A stretch of DNA of 49,640 nt from an uncultured Leptolinea sp. (GTDB lineage: Bacteria; Chloroflexota; Anaerolineae; Anaerolineales; Anaerolineaceae): positions 3,111 through 52,750 of the forward strand of contig CAZRKL010000002.1 of assembly GCA_964600595.1 (NCBI GenBank), in the 5' to 3' direction. Positions within the stretch are counted from its first letter, which is position 1; every line of letters begins with the position of its first letter. Below are positions 26,228-34,141 of the stretch, in pieces. The notes below the pieces were generated by a model. The model was not told the origin of the DNA, made no database searches, and saw only the letters and a list, made by a program, of their open reading frames with translations. Position numbers and translations under genes: made by a program.

Positions 26228-27118
26228 TTAGCGAAGTAAGTCAAACAGGTTCAATGAAGAAATTGCCCTCTGCCCAACTTCAAGAACCGCCCGATAGGTG
26301 GTCTCCTGGTTGGTCAGGTTCGCAATTGCTTCAGCCATATTAACATCTTCTTTCTCAGAAAGCAAGCTTTTCAAAGTAAGATTTGATTTCTCCAGGTAGG
26401 TGATGGCGTTATCCACCTGACGCATCCGAGCTCCATTGGTTGCGCGCATATCTCCAATGGCATTCTGGGCATTGTTCAGATCAGAGAGTGAAGCATCTAA
26501 TTCTGCCCGGTTATCAGTTTGCAGCGCGTTACGCGCCCGAATGACTGCGTTAAACATCGCCTGAAGGGACGATGAATTATTAATATTCGTTGTAACCGAT
26601 TGACCGGTTCCAATATCATGCTGCATCAAACCAGCATCACCCCGATATAGCACCTGGCTGTTATCAGCTGGATTGATCTCATATGGTTCAGTATTAACCT
26701 GGAAACCGGAAAAGACATACTGATCCATGAATGTGGAGTTTGCCATATCGATGGCTTCGTCTAAAATTCCGTTCATCTCAGGAGCAAGTGCTGTTGCTCT
26801 TTCATGAGCTCCAATTGTGTCAGACAAACCTTTCTGCACCAAATTTAACGCCCTGATAACGAGGGTACTCATTTGAGCAAATGCCTGATCTGTTGTCTTC
26901 ATCCAGCCATCGATCCGGTTCGCATTTTCCAAATATGCCTGACCGGTTCGCAAGGTTGACTTTATTGTCAGCGCAGCAGACATCTGCGCGGGGTTATCTG
27001 AAACATTTTGATAAATCTTTCCAGAGGCAACCTGATTGGATAATTGATCCAACTTCGCTTTGTTGTCATTCATATACTGGATCATTTGATTAGCTACCAT
27101 TCGGTCAGAAACACGCAT
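26228..27118 (-). CDS. flgL: flagellar hook-associated protein 3, FlgL
   Basis: MRVSDRMVANQMIQYMNDNKAKLDQLSNQVASGKIYQNVSDNP...; flagellin-like C-terminus (TYRAVLEVGQRAISSLNLFDLL). SD AGGAGG. Confidence 0.85.
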   Translation of the reverse strand: MRVSDRMVANQMIQYMNDNKAKLDQLSNQVASGKIYQNVSDNPAQMSAALTIKSTLRTGQAYLENANRIDGWMKTTDQAFAQMSTLVIRALNLVQKGLSDTIGAHERATALAPEMNGILDEAIDMANSTFMDQYVFSGFQVNTEPYEINPADNSQVLYRGDAGLMQHDIGTGQSVTTNINNSSSLQAMFNAVIRARNALQTDNRAELDASLSDLNNAQNAIGDMRATNGARMRQVDNAITYLEKSNLTLKSLLSEKEDVNMAEAIANLTNQETTYRAVLEVGQRAISSLNLFDLLR

Positions 27119-27132
27119 CTTTGCCTCCTTAA

Positions 27133-28872
27133 TTATCTGCCCACAATACCCATACCATTAATAATGGTGTTCATCATCTCATCAATTACTGTCATCAATC
27201 GGGCAGATGCTTCAAAAGCCTTCTGAGCTTTAATGAGATTCGCCGCTTCTTCATTCAGGTTGACACCCGAAATGGATTGACGCTGTTGGTCAATAACATT
27301 TGCCACGGTCAGACGATCAGCGGCATTTGTTTTTGCCCTGCGGATATCCACTCCGAACCTGGCGGTTTGTGCGGTATAAAACTGATTTATGGTGCTTAAC
27401 CCGCCACTCATCAAACTCTCAGTTCGGACATTTGCCAGGGCGCGAGCCAAATCCCCGTTACCGGGTTGGTTGGGAGCAGTAGCAGTTGCCAGTAAATTCG
27501 GGTTGGCCAGCAGTGTTGAATTTATTGCAATGGTCAAGGCATCGGTACCAGTAAAGAACTCTTGCTGCTCATAGAACTGAACTGAAGCGGCACCTGTCGT
27601 GTAACTGTTTTCTGTATAAAGGCTTACATCACCACCAAACTGCATGGTAATTCCGCGACCTGTATCATATGCTACCGGCAATCCGCCAGCAGTGGGAATA
27701 TCCTGCCAATCGTTACTATACCCGCTAAGATCTGAAAGCTGAATACTTACCGGGTTCCCTGTGGAATCAACCATCCTGAACTGCCAGGTGCCCGCATCAA
27801 GCCGGGTTTCAACAAAATAATTACCCGAAGCAAGTTCAGTTTGCCCAACAGCCAGAACTCCTGCCTGGATGGATTGAATGGTGTCGTTGCTAACAAGTGT
27901 GTTGGTTTTGCCCGGTGCATATCCGCTAAGATGTAAGGCATTCACCCGGGAGATGATCGTGCCAGAAAGGTCATTTAAAGCCAGCATCTGATCGCCCAGA
28001 ACACCATCTCTGGCGCTGAATAATCCAGCCAATTCCCCAGAAGATGGATTGAAGCTCTGACCATCGCTCCACCGTACAGCAAATAAATTCGGATTCACTG
28101 GATCGGGTTGGGTTTGCAACCCAAATGGAGTAACGCCTTGAACCAATACATGCCCATTAATTGAAACAATAACATCACCGGCAGACTGCAATGCTGAAGT
28201 TGCGCCACTCAGCTTCGCGAGTTCATCCAGTATGACATCCCGTTGATCCATTAGATCATTTGGCTGTTCACCAATGGATACCACACGCATAATTTCCCCA
28301 TTTAATCTGGCAACTTGTTCTGCCAGTTGGTTAATGCTATCTACCCGTTGTGATATCTGAAGGTTTTGATCTGCCTGAACTGTTCTTATGTTTAACGCTC
28401 GATATTGAATGGATTGAGTAAGTGTATTTGCTACATCCACTAATTCTGCTTTTAGAGCAGAGTTGCTTGGATCAGCGCTCAACCGCTGCCAACCAGCCCA
28501 GAATTCATCCAGCTTATTCAGTAACCCATTGGTTGAAGTCTCAGAGAATTCTGCTTCAATTTGTGAGAGGATTGACGCTTGAAGACCGAACTGAGCAGAA
28601 GACTGAATTTCTGACCGGTAACGCATATCATAAAAATCGGTGCTGAAACGGCGGATTTTATCTACCACAACACCGGTACCTATTTGCCCCACGCCCACAT
28701 TGTAAGAAGCACCTGGAGAAGAAACAGCCGGACCGGATTTTAACACCGCTTCCTGGCGTTTATAGCCAGGTGTGTTTACGTTGGCTACGTTATGCTCAAT
28801 CACCTGCACGGATGCCTGATGACTGAGTATTGATTGTAAGGCTAAACTAACTCCTGCGAATAAATTCGGCAT
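27133..28872 (-). CDS. flgK: flagellar hook-associated protein 1, FlgK
   Basis: LQSILSHQASVQVIEHNVANVNTPGYKRQEA...; C-terminus VNLNEEAANLIKAQKAFEASARLMTVIDEMMNTII. Confidence 0.9.
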   Translation of the reverse strand: MPNLFAGVSLALQSILSHQASVQVIEHNVANVNTPGYKRQEAVLKSGPAVSSPGASYNVGVGQIGTGVVVDKIRRFSTDFYDMRYRSEIQSSAQFGLQASILSQIEAEFSETSTNGLLNKLDEFWAGWQRLSADPSNSALKAELVDVANTLTQSIQYRALNIRTVQADQNLQISQRVDSINQLAEQVARLNGEIMRVVSIGEQPNDLMDQRDVILDELAKLSGATSALQSAGDVIVSINGHVLVQGVTPFGLQTQPDPVNPNLFAVRWSDGQSFNPSSGELAGLFSARDGVLGDQMLALNDLSGTIISRVNALHLSGYAPGKTNTLVSNDTIQSIQAGVLAVGQTELASGNYFVETRLDAGTWQFRMVDSTGNPVSIQLSDLSGYSNDWQDIPTAGGLPVAYDTGRGITMQFGGDVSLYTENSYTTGAASVQFYEQQEFFTGTDALTIAINSTLLANPNLLATATAPNQPGNGDLARALANVRTESLMSGGLSTINQFYTAQTARFGVDIRRAKTNAADRLTVANVIDQQRQSISGVNLNEEAANLIKAQKAFEASARLMTVIDEMMNTIINGMGIVGR

Positions 28873-28892
28873 AATACACCTGTAGTAATTGT

Positions 28893-29414
28893 TCAGGCTT
28901 TGTGTTCAACACCCCACGCCGGAAGTTGCTCGGTGGAGGGATTGGGACCAGGTGGTGTGTAAGTAACCTGGTTTTGGTAGAACCCAAAGATAAACGCCCT
29001 GGTAGCTTCAAGCCAATCAATGGCGGTAACTGCCAGTGCGCGATTGCCGTAATTAAGGTCGCGTGCCTGCCCGACAAGCATCGCAATTCCGTCACTTAAC
29101 CGCTGTAACCGTCCGGCTGTTGCAGTATCAATCCATGGAAGAATTTCACCAAGAGAAGATGTACCCGGAGTTACACCCAATTCCCGTCCGAGTGATTCAA
29201 TGACTGTCCGCCTCTTCTCTTCAAGCAAAGACATTTGATCCAGAATATTTTCTTTTCGCTCAACAAGCGACATTAATTCATCCGGATCACCACCTGGGAG
29301 GAATTTACGCTCTTCATTTGTGATCACAATCAGACTCTGTAACAGGCGAAATTCCTGTACCAGGTAGTCTTCGAGTACAGTCAACAAAGAGCGGATTTGG
29401 GTGTTTTCATTCAT
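28893..29414 (-). CDS. flgN: FlgN-family flagellar chaperone (putative)
   Basis: Lies between flgM and flgK. The N-terminus LLTVLEDYLVQEFRLLQSLIVITNEERKFL is FlgN-like. Confidence 0.6.
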   Translation of the reverse strand: MNENTQIRSLLTVLEDYLVQEFRLLQSLIVITNEERKFLPGGDPDELMSLVERKENILDQMSLLEEKRRTVIESLGRELGVTPGTSSLGEILPWIDTATAGRLQRLSDGIAMLVGQARDLNYGNRALAVTAIDWLEATRAFIFGFYQNQVTYTPPGPNPSTEQLPAWGVEHKA

Positions 29415-29426
29415 TACAGGGTATCC

Positions 29427-29726
29427 TTATCCTTTGATATCAATATTCCCAAGGATCTTTTTCGCCACCTCGGCATAAGGAATCTGATATGTACCCTGGT
29501 TAATTGCTTCTTTCAACATTTCAACCTTGCTCTGGTTGATGTCCTGGGTTTCATCCAGTTCCATGCGAGCTTTAGATAAAAGCCTGGCTTTTTCCGAAAG
29601 TTCCAGCCGGTCACGCTGCGGCGTAGATTGAGTGTTCTCAACCATTCGCTGCTGTTTCTCAACCTGCTGAAGGTTCTCGGACTTCTGAGTATTCAGTGGA
29701 TTCAGATGATTATTGTCGATTTTCAT
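29427..29726 (-). CDS. flgM: anti-sigma-28 factor FlgM
   Basis: The C-terminus SKVEMLKEAINQGTYQIPYAEVAKKILG is the typical FlgM sigma-binding helix region. ATG 29726 follows GGAGGT; the track start is 29747. Confidence 0.8.
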   Translation of the reverse strand: MKIDNNHLNPLNTQKSENLQQVEKQQRMVENTQSTPQRDRLELSEKARLLSKARMELDETQDINQSKVEMLKEAINQGTYQIPYAEVAKKILGNIDIKG

Positions 29727-29780
29727 AAGCGGTTTACCTCCATACAATATCGGGCAGGGCTGTTTTAGCCTGTACCTTTA

Positions 29781-29807
29781 TTATCGACAATCCACGCAAG
29801 AACTTAA
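29781..29807 (-). promoter_or_regulatory. sigma-28 (FliA)-type promoter for flgM-flgN-flgK-flgL-csrA
   Basis: Minus strand TTAAGTTC-N11-GTCGATAA compared with TAAAGTTT-N11-GCCGATAA: 6/8 and 7/8 matches with exact spacing. The -35 element overlaps the flgG stop codon. Confidence 0.55.
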
Positions 29808-30544
29808 CCCTTGCGTACATGAATCGCCTGACTAATCATAGTATCGGTAGCCTGAAAGATGCGGGTACTCATCTGGAAATTGCGCTGAATAACAATCATA
29901 TTTGTCATCTCATCAGCCATATTTACATTTGATCTTTCAGCAGTCTGACCCAGCAACCTGCCAAATAACTGGCTGCCCGGTCTTCCGGTTTGGGCAGTAC
30001 CCGACGCTACCGTTTCCACCAATATATTATTTCCATTCAATTGCAAACCACTGGGATTGGCAAACCTGGCAAGGTTGATTGTGCCAGCTTCCATCCAATT
30101 ATCACCTACGCGCATTCTTACCAGGCCATCAGGCTGGAATGCAATTTCCTCAGCGCCTGTGGGAATGGTGCCCGTCCAGATAAGCGGATTTCCAGATGCT
30201 GTTACCAACCTTCCCTGCGCATCGATCATCAACTGACCATCACGCGTGTAGCCTGTTTTTCCACCACCAATATTTATCTGAAAGAACCCATCCCCTTCGA
30301 TGGCAACATCTAATTGATTACCGGTCTGCACAACAGAACCCTGAATCGTGTTGAGTTGTGTGGACGTGAGATGAACGCCCTCCAGCTTTGCCTTATCCAA
30401 CATTTCCTGGAAATTGGAGCGGCTTCCTCTGTATCCCATGGTGTTTATGTTTGAAACATTGTTGGCCACAGTATCCAGCGCTGTCATTCTGGATAACATA
30501 TCCATCCGGGAGATGTTCAAAATATGAAATAGTGATGTTGCCAT
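29804..30544 (-). CDS. flgG: flagellar basal-body rod protein, FlgG family (distal rod)
   Basis: ALDTVANNVSNINTMGYRGSRSNFQE...NVNMADEMTNMIVIQRNFQMSTRIFQATDTMISQAI. Confidence 0.85.
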   Translation of the reverse strand: MATSLFHILNISRMDMLSRMTALDTVANNVSNINTMGYRGSRSNFQEMLDKAKLEGVHLTSTQLNTIQGSVVQTGNQLDVAIEGDGFFQINIGGGKTGYTRDGQLMIDAQGRLVTASGNPLIWTGTIPTGAEEIAFQPDGLVRMRVGDNWMEAGTINLARFANPSGLQLNGNNILVETVASGTAQTGRPGSQLFGRLLGQTAERSNVNMADEMTNMIVIQRNFQMSTRIFQATDTMISQAIHVRKG

Positions 30545-30556
30545 GATTTACCTCTC

Positions 30557-31315
30557 TTAACCAATTCTGCCTAATGTAGCAATAGCTTTTCCGAGCAATT
30601 CATCCTGATTGGATACCATTTGCTGAGCAGCTTCATAAGAACGGGTGACTTCGACCAGCTGGGTCATAATCCGGGTCGGATTGGCATTAGACATCTCCAG
30701 AAAGCCCTGCGCAACAATACCCTTTTCGGTGCCATTGGGAGCACCAGTTGAACTGAAAGCATTTTCACCATCCCGAACTAATTGGGTTTCTGGTGTCAAA
30801 AAACTTGCTATTCCCAGCTGCCCGGCAGCATCCCCTTCAACGGTGATCGTTCCATCTTGTGCAATATTGATTTTCCCTTCACCCAGTTTTATCGGCGCGC
30901 CACTAGCATTTAATACATTAAAACCGTTGGTAGTCACCAGGTTTCCCTGGGCATCCCGAAGAAAACGGCCATCACGGGTGTACCGTTCACCGGCAGCTGT
31001 TCGGATCCTGAAGAAACCAGGTCCATCCAGGGCAACATCTAACTCATAGCCGGTTTCTTTTAACCCACCCTGAGAGAAATCATTCATATTTGTCACACCT
31101 TCCACACCCAACCCCAATCGGCCTAATACATTTACTCTGCGATTGGGATCATTAGGGTTAACCTGATTCACCTGGGTTGTGACAAAATCATCCATGGCAG
31201 TTAATACTTGTTTGAAACCGGGAGTATCCAGGTTGGCAACATCATGTGCAATCGCCTGCTGTCTGGTGATGTTAGCCAGCATTGCAGTTGCCGCTGCGTA
31301 CAATCCTTTGATCAT
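30557..31315 (-). CDS. flgF: flagellar basal-body rod protein, FlgF/FlgG family paralogue
   Basis: MIKGLYAAATAMLANITRQQAIAHDVANLDTPGFKQ...SNANPTRIMTQLVEVTRSYEAAQQMVSNQDELLGKAI. The assignment as flgF rather than a second flgG is tentative. Confidence 0.75.
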   Translation of the reverse strand: MIKGLYAAATAMLANITRQQAIAHDVANLDTPGFKQVLTAMDDFVTTQVNQVNPNDPNRRVNVLGRLGLGVEGVTNMNDFSQGGLKETGYELDVALDGPGFFRIRTAAGERYTRDGRFLRDAQGNLVTTNGFNVLNASGAPIKLGEGKINIAQDGTITVEGDAAGQLGIASFLTPETQLVRDGENAFSSTGAPNGTEKGIVAQGFLEMSNANPTRIMTQLVEVTRSYEAAQQMVSNQDELLGKAIATLGRIG

Positions 31316-31324
31316 AATTACCTC

Positions 31325-31717
31325 CTATTTTCCCTGAACACTCAGGATGAGCCGTACTTCTTCACGCGTCATTCCCATCTGACGGGCGATGTCAATATCC
31401 TGCATATTGCCAGCTGCCATTGCAACAACCATCTGGTTGCGCTCAACGATATTTTGTGATGGCATCACTCTCTGGGCTCCGTTATGGTTATTGGCAGCCT
31501 GCAGCAATGTTTTGAAATCTGATTGAACCATCATGCCGCCTGGTTGAACTGGAGCCAAATTTTCTTGTGATGTCTTTACAAGCGACTTCAGATCATCAAC
31601 CACTGGCGTAAGCTTTTGCGCCTGGGCATTCTTACCCTGCGCCATGGCTGTTTCACGGGCAAGTTGAACAAGACTTAATGTGTCATTTAATAATCCGGGA
31701 ATGATTGTATTACCCAT
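31325..31717 (-). CDS. hypothetical protein with a C-terminal HTH-like segment, translationally coupled to fliA
   Basis: The ATG overlaps the fliA stop (GGAGTGACACATGGGTAA) with GGAG 6 nt upstream. C-terminus NMQDIDIARQMGMTREEVRLILSV. No family recognised. Confidence 0.55.
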   Translation of the reverse strand: MGNTIIPGLLNDTLSLVQLARETAMAQGKNAQAQKLTPVVDDLKSLVKTSQENLAPVQPGGMMVQSDFKTLLQAANNHNGAQRVMPSQNIVERNQMVVAMAAGNMQDIDIARQMGMTREEVRLILSVQGK

Positions 31718-32480
31718 GTGTCACTCCAGTTTTTAATAATGCCTGCAGGTTCATTACAGCTCGAGCGTGCAATTGACACGCGCGAGATTCTGAAACCCCC
31801 AATACTTCACCTATTTCTTTCAATGTCAAATCCTCATAATAATAAAGTGATAAAACCAACTGTTCTCGTTCAGGAAGCTCTTTTAATGCTTCAACCAACC
31901 TGGTTTGCATATCTTTTCGGGCTACCTGGTCGAATGGATCTTCCTGGTCATCATCTGCCAGAGTGTCATAGAGAGATGTCTCACTCTCATCATCTACATC
32001 GATGACCGCATCCAACGATACCAATACCCGGCTGGAATCAACCAGAGCCTGCTGTACTTTTTCAATGTCCATCCCCAAATGTTCAGCCAGTTCAGCATCT
32101 GAAGGTGTTCGCTGGTTCCGTTCGGTGAGGACCGTAATCGCCTGGCGGATATCACGAGTGCGGTGCCGGGCAGTGCGGCTGAGCCAGTCTAATGATCTAA
32201 GGTAATCAAGAACCTTTCCTCTAATGCGAACTGTGGCATAAGTTGAGAACTGGGTGTTATATGCCGGATCATAACGGTCAACTGCTTCAATCAAACCAAT
32301 CAAGCCCTGATTGACCATATCTTCATAATCATTGCCCAAATCTTGCGATATCCCGAGCCTGCCCAACACAAAGTGCACAAGCGAAACATAGCGCAGAACC
32401 AGCTCTTCGCGAAGTTCTGGCGAATGTGTCGTGACAAATCGGGTAAGAAGATCAGCTTCTCCGGCCATAATGGTCATCAA
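31710..32480 (-). CDS. fliA: RNA polymerase sigma-28 factor FliA/SigD
   Basis: Region 2 (LIGLIEAVDRYDPAYNTQFSTYATVRIRGKVLDYLR), region 3, and the region 4 HTH (LTLKEIGEVLGVSESRACQLHARAV). Confidence 0.9.
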   Translation of the reverse strand: MMTIMAGEADLLTRFVTTHSPELREELVLRYVSLVHFVLGRLGISQDLGNDYEDMVNQGLIGLIEAVDRYDPAYNTQFSTYATVRIRGKVLDYLRSLDWLSRTARHRTRDIRQAITVLTERNQRTPSDAELAEHLGMDIEKVQQALVDSSRVLVSLDAVIDVDDESETSLYDTLADDDQEDPFDQVARKDMQTRLVEALKELPEREQLVLSLYYYEDLTLKEIGEVLGVSESRACQLHARAVMNLQALLKTGVTHG

Positions 32481-32484
32481 TTAC

Positions 32485-32829
32485 CTATCCACCAAAATCC
32501 ATAGTGCGCCCAACACCTTGCTGTCTTCGGATTTCCTGCTGGCGTTCTTCATATAAATCCTTCATCATATCAACACTGCCTCTGGCAACCATCCAATAGA
32601 TTAGCCAGATAATCAATCCGACCGCCAGCATAGAAGCTGCAGCCCGTATCGCGCACATCAGAAAAGTTGCGCCGTGTATGTATGAGATGACAGCCACAGA
32701 TATTCCAATTAGAGTGACAATAATCTGACCAAAGGTGTTGATCGTAACCCAGAGGATTGGAAGGCGGGTTCCTTTCGGCGCCTTTTGGATTTGCTTTTCT
32801 TTAGTATCTTTATCATCTTTTGCGCTCAT
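32485..32829 (-). CDS. small membrane protein of unknown function (sits where flhG normally lies)
   Basis: 114 aa with a Lys/Asp-rich N-terminus. Predicted helices ILWVTINTFGQIIVTLIGISVAVISYI, FLMCAIRAAASMLAV and GLIIWLIYWMV. ATGA overlap with flhF. No P-loop. Confidence 0.6.
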   Translation of the reverse strand: MSAKDDKDTKEKQIQKAPKGTRLPILWVTINTFGQIIVTLIGISVAVISYIHGATFLMCAIRAAASMLAVGLIIWLIYWMVARGSVDMMKDLYEERQQEIRRQQGVGRTMDFGG

Positions 32830-34127
32830 CCGTGAAATCCTCCAGCAAAGATAGCGTCGATCAGAGCAGCAGGATCACCAGGGCGGATTTTTCCAACAAC
32901 CTGGGTGCCGTGGGTAATATACATCAGGGGCATCTTTGTTTCATGCATCAAATTGAATAACTCACCATAGGCATAAGTCTCATCCATTTTTGTGACAATG
33001 AACCCTTTCAAATTGAAAGGAGAAAAGGTAGAAACTGCCTGTAAAAGATCTGCCAGCTTGGTGGTTGCCGGGGCGGTAAGGTAGATGGATCTGCCGGAGA
33101 TCTGGCTCAGGTAAGTGCCCAGCTCGAGCACCTTGTCCTCATCCAACATATTGACTCCGGGTGTATCCACCAGTACCAGGTCTGCATCGGTTTGTGAATT
33201 CACAATCTCACCCAGTTCCTGTGGTGTATAAGCAAAGAACAAAGGTATTTCCAGGACATCTGTATAAGTTCGAGTTTCTGCAATTGCACCAGCGCGGATG
33301 GTGTCGGCGCAAACCCAGACAACTTTTTTGCCCATCGTTCGTGTGTAGAAGGCAGCCAGTTTAGCACAGGTGCTGGTTTTTCCACTGCCCGTTGCACCAA
33401 TCAGGCACATGATGCGGGATGGAATGATTGCCATACTGTTCTTTTGCGGTTTTAAAGATGCCTCAAGTTGTTGTTTTACATACCTGGTGAGTCGTTCATC
33501 ATCCTGCAAAATTACCGGGCTCAGTGCTTTCCGGTTGGCATCCATAATTTTCTTAATATAGATGGAATTCAATCCCTGGCGGGTAAGTTTGCGGGAGATA
33601 CCCTCGAGAATATCTTTTTGCTCTGGAATCGCTGCTTGCTCTGATGCCTGGTGTCCCTGAATAATCTCATCTACAAGATCACCCAGACGATCCGTCATGC
33701 TCAAATCAATAGAGGAAGATAACTCAAGCTCTGGTTCAGGATTCAACGAGGGTGGCGTCCACTTGGCGGGCTCAGTGCGGGTACCCAGATGTGCTCGCGG
33801 CTTAGCTTCTCTCCTCACCTGAAATGCCTCTGAACTCGTTGTTGGCGTGAAGCCTTTCCTGTCTGCAATAGCATTTAAAATATCTTCAATTTCTTTGCGT
33901 CCAGGGATAACTTCTTCTGTTTGCTTTTTCGTTTGTTGGGGTAAACTCTGCGATGGTAATTCGGTTGTTGCGACAACTTCCACGCCCGTTTTATTCCAAA
34001 CCTGCCAGGCAGGACCGGTTGGGATTTCTCGCATGGATAGAACAATGGCATTAGGTCCCATCTCGCGCTGGATATCCTGGAGCGCTGCCATCATGTTTTG
34101 AGCTCGAAAAGTTTTTGTTCGCATCAT
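32826..34127 (-). CDS. flhF: flagellar biosynthesis SRP-type GTPase FlhF
   Basis: G1 LIGATGSGKTST, G3 LVDTPG, G4 VTKMDET. N-terminal B-domain MRTKTFRAQNMMAALQDIQREMGPNAIVL. Confidence 0.85.
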   Translation of the reverse strand: MMRTKTFRAQNMMAALQDIQREMGPNAIVLSMREIPTGPAWQVWNKTGVEVVATTELPSQSLPQQTKKQTEEVIPGRKEIEDILNAIADRKGFTPTTSSEAFQVRREAKPRAHLGTRTEPAKWTPPSLNPEPELELSSSIDLSMTDRLGDLVDEIIQGHQASEQAAIPEQKDILEGISRKLTRQGLNSIYIKKIMDANRKALSPVILQDDERLTRYVKQQLEASLKPQKNSMAIIPSRIMCLIGATGSGKTSTCAKLAAFYTRTMGKKVVWVCADTIRAGAIAETRTYTDVLEIPLFFAYTPQELGEIVNSQTDADLVLVDTPGVNMLDEDKVLELGTYLSQISGRSIYLTAPATTKLADLLQAVSTFSPFNLKGFIVTKMDETYAYGELFNLMHETKMPLMYITHGTQVVGKIRPGDPAALIDAIFAGGFHG

Positions 34128-34141
34128 TTACCTCGATCCGA

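Noticed and set aside
29747-29754. A second CCCGATAT -10-like element upstream of flgM.
   Set aside because: The nearest TAAA elements are 9 and 22 nt away, so no -35 element sits at a usable distance. The promoter at 29781-29807 fits far better.
32485-32829. Whether the ORF after flhF could be a degenerate FlhG.
   Set aside because: It is only 114 aa, has no Walker A or MinD motifs and is mainly hydrophobic helices. It is not an FlhG homologue.
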